From a virus (Duplodnaviria > Caudoviricetes), in the IMG/VR virus record IMGVR_UViG_3300037851_000266, positions 1 through 45,974 of that record: a DNA stretch of 45,974 bases; one strand, given 5' to 3'. This document shows, piece after piece, positions 8,752-16,819 of the stretch. Within the stretch, counting starts at the first letter, position 1. Each line of letters begins with the position of its first letter. Both the position numbers and the translations under genes were made by a program. The notes under the pieces are model-generated. The model was not told the origin of the DNA. It saw only the letters and a list, made by a program, of their open reading frames with translations, and did no database searches.

Positions 8752-9174
8752 TTACTCTTTAATGCGGCGAATCGTTTCAGCATCGAGCTTACCGAGTTTC
8801 CCCGTCACATTGTCAATCATGATGTATTTACTGAGCGCTTCAAGATCGACGTTGGGATTCATGCCGCTGCTTTCGACCATCACGTACAACGATTGAATGA
8901 TGATTAAGAGCTTGTTGAGCTTGTTCTGAGCGTCCTGAGCAACCAGAGTAAGCCGCCGAGTGTTTTCAACACGCTCGGCTTCAAGCCGCTGGCCCATCGT
9001 GATTAGTTCGGCCCGGCTGCGATTGGCCTGCTGCTCGTACATTGCAGCACGTTTGTCGGAGTCGGCCAAGCGCCGCTCAAGATCGAGTACCCGATCATGC
9101 AGTCCAGACATCTCACGCTGCAGAACACCCAGCGCATCGGCTAACGTTGAGATGTCGTTGCTCGCCATGATCAT
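8752..9174 (-). CDS. Coiled-coil protein in lysis cassette
   Basis: Heptad-rich 140 aa between holin and PAS genes. Confidence 0.7.
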   Translation of the reverse strand: MIMASNDISTLADALGVLQREMSGLHDRVLDLERRLADSDKRAAMYEQQANRSRAELITMGQRLEAERVENTRRLTLVAQDAQNKLNKLLIIIQSLYVMVESSGMNPNVDLEALSKYIMIDNVTGKLGKLDAETIRRIKE

Positions 9175-9290
9175 TTAGCCCGCGCCGTCGCTCTGCCCCA
9201 CCCATTACGCGGCCATCACTCACGCTGGATCGGAACGGCGCGGGCTATCAGGAGGATACCCGCTCCGAGCGGGTCAACAAAAGAGCGGCG

Positions 9291-9479
9291 CTACTTCTGC
9301 GCCGCTTTAGCCGCACGCGCACCGGCCACACCGAAGAACGTCGCCAGCGCCAGATTGATCACCGCCGCGCCGAACGCCAACCACGGAGCCAGATCGGGCG
9401 ACACCGGCAACATCTGCCCCGCCAACACAATGATGCCTGCGAGGAACGTCAATAATGATACCCAAAGTTCTTTATTCAT
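9291..9479 (-). CDS. Putative holin (2 TM)
   Basis: 62 aa, two hydrophobic helices, basic C-terminus; first gene of the operon leading to the M23 peptidase. Confidence 0.7.
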   Translation of the reverse strand: MNKELWVSLLTFLAGIIVLAGQMLPVSPDLAPWLAFGAAVINLALATFFGVAGARAAKAAQK

Positions 9480-9561
9480 CTCTCATCCTTTCGAGTCTAC
9501 CGCCGCTCAGCGCCCACGCGACGAGGATTACGGGATAGTACAAAAATTCCACCATACCTAC

Positions 9562-9581
9562 AGTATAGCACGGTTGTCAAG
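9562..9581 (-). promoter_or_regulatory. Leftward promoter, short-spacer type
   Basis: Minus strand CTTGACA-accgtgc-TATACT; near-identical to 43184-43203. Confidence 0.6.
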
Positions 9582-9671
9582 TAGGCGGTTGAAACGTGGC
9601 GCAAACCGGCGCACAAAATGTCAACCAACCTTAAAAAAAGTGATTTGCCGCAAAAGTCGTGACAAAAACGC

Positions 9672-9699
9672 TTGACAATGGGCAGAATATGGGTATAAT
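9672..9699 (+). promoter_or_regulatory. Early rightward sigma70-type promoter
   Basis: TTGACA-16-TATAAT at the divergence point of the two arms. Confidence 0.85.
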
Positions 9700-9748
9700 G
9701 TAAGCATAGATAAATGAGGGGCGCGACTCCAACGCGCAGGAGAGAAAG

Positions 9749-9904
9749 ATGAACGCTAAGCAAGCAGAAAAGATCGCAACATCCGAGTACTGGATTAATC
9801 TGATTCGATTCGACAACCCGAAAGAGGAAGCGAAATTTGAAAAGAAGTTCCGCATCAGCGATCGTGCGGAAAGCGGCAAGGTGCACTACAGCCGCATTCG
9901 ATAA
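9749..9904 (+). CDS. Small early protein (51 aa, not in ORF track)
   Basis: AGGAG RBS; MNAKQAEKIATSEYWINLIRFDNPKEE... Confidence 0.7.
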   Translation: MNAKQAEKIATSEYWINLIRFDNPKEEAKFEKKFRISDRAESGKVHYSRIR

Positions 9905-9994
9905 TTAAGATAATCCGCTTCCCCGCGCCGCGCAGACACAAGGCCATCCGGCAACGGCGGCGCGGGGGACTGCATCACACATAGGAGCGAACGA

Positions 9995-10210
9995 ATGGTA
10001 AATCCCTACATCACCCCCGAAACTGAACGACTCTTGACCCGCGTGGCGACAACCTACGGCCTGCCCAAGCGTCGCAACTGGCGCACCGGGCGGCAATCGA
10101 TCAACATCAGCGCAGCGATCCGCAAGGCCGCTGAGGTTGCGCTGCAAGCCGCACTCGACCCCGCCGCCGCCGAACTGGCGCGGGAGCGCAAAGAGGAGGA
10201 AACGAAATGA
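9995..10210 (+). CDS. Small putative DNA-binding (ribbon-helix-helix-like) protein
   Basis: AGGAG RBS; strand-helix...'NISAAIRKAA' pattern. Confidence 0.6.
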   Translation: MVNPYITPETERLLTRVATTYGLPKRRNWRTGRQSINISAAIRKAAEVALQAALDPAAAELARERKEEETK

Positions 10211-10470
10211 CACCGCATACGCTCAATGAATGTGGATGTATTGCCAGAGTTTACAGTGACGGGTCAGGCGTTGACATCGAATTTTGCCCGCTGCACAATG
10301 CCGCGCTAGAACTGCTGGAAGCACTGAATCAGATCATTACTCTGATCGAGACATCCGAGCCAACGTCAACGCATCCAACCACAGGCGCAATCATCGGGCG
10401 CAGACCACGAGCGCAGCAAATGATCGACATCGCTCGTGCTGCCATTGCGAAAGCCGAGGCCGCGAAATGA
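10207..10470 (+). CDS. Hypothetical protein (CGC...CPLH)
   Basis: GGAGG RBS; 'ELLEAL...ARAAIAKA' motif common in phage early proteins. Confidence 0.75.
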   Translation: MTPHTLNECGCIARVYSDGSGVDIEFCPLHNAALELLEALNQIITLIETSEPTSTHPTTGAIIGRRPRAQQMIDIARAAIAKAEAAK

Positions 10471-10769
10471 CCGACACCTGCCAGCACGACCCCACCTATC
10501 GCATCGAAAATGAGGCCAACGGCGGCGCGGGCTGCCCGCTCTGCAATCGCAAGCGCGTGATCATGGTGCAGCACGCGGGCGGACGCATCGAAGTTGATGA
10601 CGTACCCCCCGGCTACTTTGTCAATCATGCCGCGATGAACGAGACGGCGGCGCAGTTGGCAAGCGGCAAAGTGGCGGAGTTTGAGGACTGGCAGCGCGAC
10701 GACCACGGCGCGGGCTGCGCGGGCAACAGTGCGGATCAATATGACTCCGCATCGGAGGGACATTGGTAA
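10467..10769 (+). CDS. Hypothetical protein, possible Zn-binding
   Basis: ATGA overlap; CQH...CPLC. Confidence 0.55.
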   Translation: MTDTCQHDPTYRIENEANGGAGCPLCNRKRVIMVQHAGGRIEVDDVPPGYFVNHAAMNETAAQLASGKVAEFEDWQRDDHGAGCAGNSADQYDSASEGHW

Positions 10770-10832
10770 CGACGCGCTGACCACGCACACGAACAAGCTG
10801 AACATCTACCACTCAAACAAACGGAGATCACA

Positions 10833-11510
10833 ATGTCGAACTATCTGGACGAACTCAAAAACGCTGAACCATCGATTACCATCACGCCGACACCATTGAT
10901 CATGGAGAAGATCGGAGACTCCTTTCGCGGCCTGTATGTCGGAATGCAGACATTCGAGAAGGACGGGCGGCTCATGCCCGTCGCCCACTTTTACGATGGC
11001 GTAGGAATCCGCTTCAACATGGGCGCGCAGTTGACCCGCGCCGTGTCGATGCTCAAGCCTGGGATCAGCGTTGAGATCAAGTTGGTCGAACTCAAGGCAA
11101 ACAACAAGGGCGGCAAGACGAAAATCTACAGCGTGTCGCCGCTCAAGATCGCGCTGGTCAATCTGGAAGAAATGTTCGACGGCGTGCTGAGCATCAGCGC
11201 GCCTGCGCCTGAGCCTGAGCATTTGCTTCCGGCACCTACCTCTGTCATCGAACAGGAAGAAGATGACGAACTGACACAGGTAGAAATCCCGCGCAAAACT
11301 TTCGCGCAGTCCACGCTTGAGGGCGGCATTTTCGCTGACTTCCGCGAGATCGGCAACAATTGGGTTGGCGATTACCCGCACTATGCCCGCAAGGATGGAT
11401 CGTTTGATGAGTTTCATTTTCTCAAGGCCGCAGGCGCGGAGGGTTACAAGACCATCACCGCCGACAACATACTTGAAGTGTTTGACCGCGTGAGCAAGCG
11501 CCACGCCTAG
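10833..11510 (+). CDS. Putative single-stranded DNA-binding (OB-fold-like) protein
   Basis: GDSFRGLYVG...PG..VEIKLVE..KGGKTKIYSV followed by an acidic linker; GGAG RBS. Confidence 0.55.
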   Translation: MSNYLDELKNAEPSITITPTPLIMEKIGDSFRGLYVGMQTFEKDGRLMPVAHFYDGVGIRFNMGAQLTRAVSMLKPGISVEIKLVELKANNKGGKTKIYSVSPLKIALVNLEEMFDGVLSISAPAPEPEHLLPAPTSVIEQEEDDELTQVEIPRKTFAQSTLEGGIFADFREIGNNWVGDYPHYARKDGSFDEFHFLKAAGAEGYKTITADNILEVFDRVSKRHA

Positions 11511-11644
11511 CCCCTGCCCGCGCTGCTGGGGCGCTCGTGACGAACTGACAGCCTGAGCAGGATCAACGCAATGAGGGCTAGACGACGCCCCGGCAGCAGC
11601 AACCAGCCGGGCTGCCCGACCAAAAAGAGGATGAGGAAAATAAA

Positions 11645-11851
11645 ATGAAGCCGATTATCTCAGATGTTCCTCCGATCAGTTATGGCCGATGCACCATATG
11701 CGGCAGCGGAGAATTGTTGGATAATAGGGGAAACATAGCATGCACCAAATGCCAGCGCCGCAGATGTGATATATGCGGCAATCCGATCATGCTGCGTGAT
11801 TCGTATCACGAAGATGCAAGAGGGCGGCGTCATATTCGCTGTGAGCGATAG
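11645..11851 (+). CDS. Small zinc-finger protein
   Basis: Three CxxC pairs plus HxxC; GAGG RBS. Confidence 0.7.
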   Translation: MKPIISDVPPISYGRCTICGSGELLDNRGNIACTKCQRRRCDICGNPIMLRDSYHEDARGRRHIRCER

Positions 11852-11916
11852 AGTGTGGCCGGAGCGCACCATCAAAACCCTAACGCGGAATGAGTAGCAC
11901 AACAATGCAAAGGAGC

Positions 11917-12522
11917 ATGATGATCACTAATAACAAATTAACGAATAAGGTGATCGGAGAGTTGGAGATCAAAAATAGGACGAGACTCAATGGGGCGGAA
12001 CTTGATGAGGCGGAACTCACTTGGGCGCCCCTCAATGGGGCGGAACTCAATGGGGCGAAACTCAATGAGGCGAAACTCAATGGGGCGAGACTCAATGAGG
12101 CGGAACTCACTTGGGCGAAACTCAATTGGGCGGAACTCAATGGGGCGAAACTCAATGGAGCGAAACTCACTGGGGCGGAACTCACTGGGGCGAAATTCAA
12201 TAGGGCGGAACTCAATGGGGCGAAACTCAATGAGGCGAAACTCAATTGGGCGGAACTCAATGGGGCGAAACTCGCCGACATCGATCTAACCTATGCTGAT
12301 CTATCAAATGCAACCGGTGATTTTGTCACATTCTCCATCGGCAAGCATCAGGCCAATTTTGCAGGCGGCTGGGGCAGTATCGGCTGTGAGCGGCACACGT
12401 ATCAGGATTGGCTAGACAATTACGCGACTATCGGTAAGGCCAATAACTACACTGAGGCTGAGATTGAGATCACGGGCGAGTTTATTCGGTTGGCGGTGAA
12501 GTGGCTAACGCGGAATGGTTGA
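11917..12522 (+). CDS. Pentapeptide repeat protein
   Basis: About 20 A(E/K)L(N/T)x repeats encoded by 15-nt tandem units; C-terminal 'IGCERH...W' domain; AGGAG RBS. Confidence 0.95.
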   Translation: MMITNNKLTNKVIGELEIKNRTRLNGAELDEAELTWAPLNGAELNGAKLNEAKLNGARLNEAELTWAKLNWAELNGAKLNGAKLTGAELTGAKFNRAELNGAKLNEAKLNWAELNGAKLADIDLTYADLSNATGDFVTFSIGKHQANFAGGWGSIGCERHTYQDWLDNYATIGKANNYTEAEIEITGEFIRLAVKWLTRNG

Positions 12523-12527
12523 CCGCC

Positions 12528-12725
12528 ATGACCCTCAACGCTGACGCCGCCTCGAATAGAATCGCGCTTGTCGTCCAACTCTACAATGACTGGCGCGGCT
12601 ATTACATGCTCCGACGTGTAGAGTTTGGCCGCTGGCAGGATGTGCGCCCGCTCAGCCGTGATGAGGCGTTGACGTATCGGACACGCCCAGGCGAGGCGTT
12701 GGAATTGAAATGGCCGTTGCGCTGA
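12528..12725 (+). CDS. Hypothetical protein
   Basis: ATG 6 nt after the previous stop. Confidence 0.5.
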   Translation: MTLNADAASNRIALVVQLYNDWRGYYMLRRVEFGRWQDVRPLSRDEALTYRTRPGEALELKWPLR

Positions 12726-12731
12726 CCGCGC

Positions 12732-12751
12732 TTGACAGCCTGTGGCATAAT
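12732..12751 (+). promoter_or_regulatory. Promoter, short-spacer type
   Basis: TTGACA-8-CATAAT with TG at the extended -10 position, upstream of the primase leader. Confidence 0.5.
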
Positions 12752-12768
12752 GATGATGTGGCATAAGC

Positions 12769-12935
12769 CGCGCCGCACGGCTGGCAACCGGGCGCGTTAA
12801 CAATCACTTAGGGACTGTAGTTTTGACGCCTTTTGTGTTTTGTGGTGTCGGTTTTGGTAACGCCCTTCCCTAAGGGGGCAGGCTTGCCAACGCCGCCAGA
12901 ACCGACACCACAGAATACAATGGGCGTTTTTGTTT
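12769..12935 (+). ncRNA. Structured leader / attenuator before primase
   Basis: Small hairpin (loop CTGGCAA), then a roughly 30-bp stem (12825-12858 with 12895-12928) with TTGCCA in its loop, then a U-tract. Confidence 0.65.
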
Positions 12936-12985
12936 GGAGTTCTATGCTTTGAATATCACAAATCAATTCACCCCTGGATGAAGCC

Positions 12986-13924
12986 ATGAACAAGCAAGCG
13001 CCGATACAACTTGATCAAATCGGACTCCCGTCGAACCTATTCAAATATAGCGACGATCATTCATGGCGCGGCCCTTGCCCGGTCTGTGGTGGTCATCGGC
13101 GTTTCGTCATCCTCACGAAATATCAATGGCCGTACTTCTATGGCTGGTGCGATGACTGCGGGCACACGATCCGAGCGTGGGATAAGGTCATCGTGCAGAT
13201 CGATGATGAGCAACGCGAACTAGCCCGACGAATGGCCAAAGAAGCAGAGCGAGTCAGGCAAGCGCAACAGCAAGCCAAACTCGCGCAGTTTACCACCTCA
13301 GAACTTTGGCAGGAACTTCACCGCCGCTTGAGCGCAGAACATCGCGCACAGTGGGCAGCTTGGGGCGTGCCGGAAGATTGGCAGGACTATTTAGAACTTG
13401 GCTTTACGCCTGACAAGGTATACCGCGATTCATCCGGTGAACTACGTCATACTCCGGCCTATACAATCCCCTACTTCCACCACGCGCAAGACAAGCCGCA
13501 ATTCAAGACGCTGCAATACCGGCTATTCAATCCAGAACGGCCAGAAGATCGGTATAGATTCGAGCAGGGCTTATCAGCACATTACTACATGACGACGCCC
13601 ACCGACCCGATCGGTGATCAAGTCGTCATCTGTGAGGGCGCGAAAAAAGGAATCGTCACGCGCATCCGCTTGACCGAATATACTGTGCTGGCAGTTCCAG
13701 CGAAGGGCACTTGGGGCGGCATAGTCGAGGCCGTGAAACCATGCGGACGCGTGTGGGTGTTGCTTGACCCTGATGCCACATTGAACGCCGTGAAACTGGC
13801 CCGCGCTATCGGCAAGCAGGCCCGCGTAGTCAGGCTCGCATATAAGGTTGATGACGCGGCATTGACGATGGGGATAAACCGCGCCGACTTCGTCGCGATC
13901 TTGAAGTGGTCGAGGATTGTGTAG
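12986..13924 (+). CDS. DNA primase (Zn finger + TOPRIM)
   Basis: CPVCGG...CDDC; VICEGAKK; LLDPD; KVDD. Confidence 0.9.
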   Translation: MNKQAPIQLDQIGLPSNLFKYSDDHSWRGPCPVCGGHRRFVILTKYQWPYFYGWCDDCGHTIRAWDKVIVQIDDEQRELARRMAKEAERVRQAQQQAKLAQFTTSELWQELHRRLSAEHRAQWAAWGVPEDWQDYLELGFTPDKVYRDSSGELRHTPAYTIPYFHHAQDKPQFKTLQYRLFNPERPEDRYRFEQGLSAHYYMTTPTDPIGDQVVICEGAKKGIVTRIRLTEYTVLAVPAKGTWGGIVEAVKPCGRVWVLLDPDATLNAVKLARAIGKQARVVRLAYKVDDAALTMGINRADFVAILKWSRIV

Positions 13925-13948
13925 AACATATATTCTAAAATTTGCCTC

Positions 13949-13976
13949 TTGACAATCTACAGATTATCTGTATAAT
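13949..13976 (+). promoter_or_regulatory. Sigma70-type promoter with palindromic spacer
   Basis: TTGACA-16-TATAAT; ACAGAT-T-ATCTGT palindrome at 13959-13971. Confidence 0.85.
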
Positions 13977-14012
13977 AGAAGCATATCAGATTGTAGAGTA
14001 GAGAGGAAATCA

Positions 14013-15968
14013 ATGAACGCCACACTCAAAAGCGCAATCGACTACCTAGCGAACGAAGATCACGATCACGCATCGCAGCTAAACGGCGTCGGATTCAATA
14101 AATTCGACACGCCGCTCGGCATGTCGTTGGCGCAGAAACCGGCAGAGCAATGGACACCCCGCCAGACACGTGCCGCGTGGCGATTGCTGGCGAAATATAG
14201 CGGACAATTGAGCAACGCCGGAATCGATTACAACGCCATCCCCGAACCGCCCTTGCCGACAAACGGCAGCACAAAATTGATCGCCGCGAATGACAAGAAT
14301 TTTGTCATCTCATTTTCCTACGATCCCGCGCTGGTCGATGCCGTAAAAGAAATCCCCGGACGCAAATTTGACGCCGCGTCGAAAAAATGGGCAGTCCCCG
14401 CGAATGCCTCAGCCGTCGAACCGCTATTCAAATTTTATCAACGCTACGAATTCGACATCGACGGAACGGCGCTTAATCTCATGGCGAAGCTAACCGAAAT
14501 GCGCGCCGAACGAATCGAGCGAAGCCATGCCGCCGACGCGCAGATCGAGATCGTCGGACTTGGTGGCGAGTTGCGGCCATTCCAGAAAGCGGGCGTAGCC
14601 TACGCGCTGGAGACAAAGCGATTATTCATCGCCGACGAAATGGGACTCGGAAAAACAATTCAAGCGCTGGCGACTATCCACGCCGCGAATGCCTATCCCG
14701 CGATTGTCGTATGCCCCGCCTCGCTAAAATTGAACTGGGCACGTGAAGCCGCGAAGTGGCTGCCGGGTAAATCGATCAGCGTGTGGAACGGAAAAGCCGG
14801 AACCGCCGCTGATGTCATCGTGATCAATTACGATGTGCTCAGCAAACACCTCGAAGCGCTGTTGGCGATGAATGCCAAATGCGTCGTGTTCGATGAATCG
14901 CACTATGCCAAGAACTACAAAGCCAAGCGCACCGAAGCCGCCAAAATGCTGGCTAAAGGTATTGGATATCGGCTTGCATTGACCGGCACGCCGGTGCTCA
15001 ATCGACCGCAAGAATTGATCAGCCAACTCGAAATCATCGGACGGCTGAATGATGTCGGCGGCGACTTCTGGGCATTCGCAAAGCGATACTGTGGAGCCTA
15101 CCATGATCGATTCGGGTGGGTGATGAGCGGCGCTTCACATCTGGATGAGCTCAATGAAAAAATGCGTGCGACATGCTACATCCGCCGCAACAAAGTGGAC
15201 GTGTTGAAGGATCTTCCCGCAAAGCAACGCGCGACAGTTCCGGTAGCAATCGATAATCGCCGCGAATACGATCGAGCCGAGCGTGAGTTGATCTCGTGGT
15301 TGGGGGATCAGGCAGAGCAAGACGCTGAATTTCTGGCGAGCATCGCGCATCTAAGCGCAGACGAACAATGCGAAGCAAAATACCAGCGCCGCGAGGAAAA
15401 GAAAAACAGCGCCGCACAGGCCGAGCAACTGGTACGCATCGAAGCGCTAAAGCAATTGGCAGCGCATGGAAAATTAGAATCCGTGGCCGATTGGGTTGAA
15501 TCGTTTTTGGATACCGGTGAAAAATTGGTGCTGTTCGCGCACCACATCGATGTAGTTGAATCGATTGCAAAACGATTTAACGCACCGTCCATCACCGGAT
15601 CAACGCCGCTGGACAAGCGGCAGGAATATGTCGATCGATTTCAGACAGACCCAGCCTGCAATCTGATCGTGCTGAACATTCGCGCCGGTGGTGTTGGTCT
15701 AACGTTGACCGCAGCATCGAATGTTGCATTTGTCGAACTCGACTGGACGCCAGCCGCACACGACCAGGCAGAAGATCGCTGTCATCGCATCGGGCAGAAT
15801 GACGCCGTTACCGCCTGGTATCTGCTGGCGCAGAACACGATTGATGATGAGATTGCAGCGCTCATCGAAAAGAAGCGCGCCGTGGTTGACTCCGCTACCG
15901 AAGGAAAATCAACCGGTCAAGACACCGGAATCATGAACGATCTAATCAAAAGGATGCTCGAAAAATGA
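14013..15968 (+). CDS. SNF2-family helicase with HARP-like domain (SMARCAL1-like)
   Basis: ADEMGLGKT, DESH, LTGTP, QAEDRCHRIGQ; 'FSYDPALVDAVKEIPGRKFD...KW' HARP-like segment. Confidence 0.92.
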   Translation: MNATLKSAIDYLANEDHDHASQLNGVGFNKFDTPLGMSLAQKPAEQWTPRQTRAAWRLLAKYSGQLSNAGIDYNAIPEPPLPTNGSTKLIAANDKNFVISFSYDPALVDAVKEIPGRKFDAASKKWAVPANASAVEPLFKFYQRYEFDIDGTALNLMAKLTEMRAERIERSHAADAQIEIVGLGGELRPFQKAGVAYALETKRLFIADEMGLGKTIQALATIHAANAYPAIVVCPASLKLNWAREAAKWLPGKSISVWNGKAGTAADVIVINYDVLSKHLEALLAMNAKCVVFDESHYAKNYKAKRTEAAKMLAKGIGYRLALTGTPVLNRPQELISQLEIIGRLNDVGGDFWAFAKRYCGAYHDRFGWVMSGASHLDELNEKMRATCYIRRNKVDVLKDLPAKQRATVPVAIDNRREYDRAERELISWLGDQAEQDAEFLASIAHLSADEQCEAKYQRREEKKNSAAQAEQLVRIEALKQLAAHGKLESVADWVESFLDTGEKLVLFAHHIDVVESIAKRFNAPSITGSTPLDKRQEYVDRFQTDPACNLIVLNIRAGGVGLTLTAASNVAFVELDWTPAAHDQAEDRCHRIGQNDAVTAWYLLAQNTIDDEIAALIEKKRAVVDSATEGKSTGQDTGIMNDLIKRMLEK

Positions 15969-16195
15969 ACGCTACGACAAAAGTGGATCGGGAAAAATGG
16001 ATTGCTCGCGCAGATCAGTTACAGATCATGGACGCTGATACTCGTGCTATAAATCATCGTGATGTGATAGATACATTGATGCGCGAATTCAAAATCAGTA
16101 AAGACAGTGCCCGGACGGCATCGGCTCATGCCGCTATGCGCGCGCGGAAAGATGATCAAACATGGCTAACATCTACCTGCCCGACAACGAACTGA
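15965..16195 (+). CDS. Hypothetical protein
   Basis: ATGA overlap with the helicase. Confidence 0.65.
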   Translation: MNATTKVDREKWIARADQLQIMDADTRAINHRDVIDTLMREFKISKDSARTASAHAAMRARKDDQTWLTSTCPTTN

Positions 16196-16335
16196 AACGT
16201 CTCAAGAAACTGGCGCGCGCCAGCGGCTACAAAATCAAGCGCGGCCCAGGCTCTCAGATCGGTGCGTTCATTGTGCGGCTGATTGACGAGTTCGAGAAAA
16301 AGGAAGCAACAAATGAACAAACCAAAACTATCTGA
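16162..16335 (+). CDS. Small RHH-like DNA-binding protein (57 aa, not in ORF track)
   Basis: MANIYLPDNELKRLKKLARASG...GAFIVRLIDE. Confidence 0.6.
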   Translation: MANIYLPDNELKRLKKLARASGYKIKRGPGSQIGAFIVRLIDEFEKKEATNEQTKTI

Positions 16336-16445
16336 CACGATCGGACAATTCGCAACGATACCGTTTAGCGCAGGGCTGTGCGAACGAAAGCGCAGATTCG
16401 GAAAAAGCACGCTCCATTAGTAACCCCGTTGGAACACTAACTAGA

Positions 16446-16640
16446 TTGAATGAACTAGATAAAGATATACCGACACTTCCTATTTTCAAAACAAGAGACA
16501 TCCAGGCGGCTTATGAATCTTGTGTGACATACCCGATTGACTGGAAGGCTGGCGAGGGGCGTGCCGCGAAGTGGTTAGCTGAGATGGGCTTAGACCGCGC
16601 TGACTTCGCCGCGATCTTGAAGTGGAGTAGAATCGTATGA
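16446..16640 (+). pseudogene. Chimeric Rep/primase remnant
   Basis: 16486-16583 matches 17253-17350 (3 mismatches in 98 bp); the rest encodes MGLDRADFAAILKWSRIV, like the primase end MGINRADFVAILKWSRIV. Confidence 0.85.
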
Positions 16641-16643
16641 AGC

Positions 16644-16663
16644 TTGACAAGGTGTAATATAAT
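16644..16663 (+). promoter_or_regulatory. Promoter, short-spacer type
   Basis: TTGACA-aggtgtaa-TATAAT upstream of the Rep leader. Confidence 0.55.
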
Positions 16664-16689
16664 GGTTCATGAGACGATTAAGAAGTCTC

Positions 16690-16810
16690 CCCGTTTGGTA
16701 GCGGGTGCGTGAGGGCAGAAAGGCACTTGATCTGTGTGCCGGTTTGCCAACCTTCCTCATGAGGGCTACCAAATCGGCGACCGACACACAAACCAGGTGC
16801 TTTTTTATTT
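16690..16810 (+). ncRNA. Structured leader / attenuator before Rep
   Basis: Hairpin loop TTTGGTAG; long stem 16719-16804 carrying the complement GCTACCAAA; U-tract, then GGAGG RBS. Confidence 0.7.
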
Positions 16811-16819
16811 GGAGGGAAG

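Noticed and set aside
7365-9174. Spanin pair
   Set aside because: No lipobox-containing ORF seen, and the coiled-coil protein lacks an N-terminal TM.
9497-9886. Minus-strand ORFs as a CI repressor at the divergence point
   Set aside because: No HTH pattern; they overlap promoters and an RBS-bearing plus-strand gene.
11540-11590. Hammerhead ribozyme
   Set aside because: CTGA is present but the CUGANGA and GAAA core is not.
11880-12289. CRISPR-like array or alternative-frame repeat proteins (MGRNS.., SFAPL..)
   Set aside because: 15-nt tandem units without spacers; explained by the pentapeptide frame that has the RBS.
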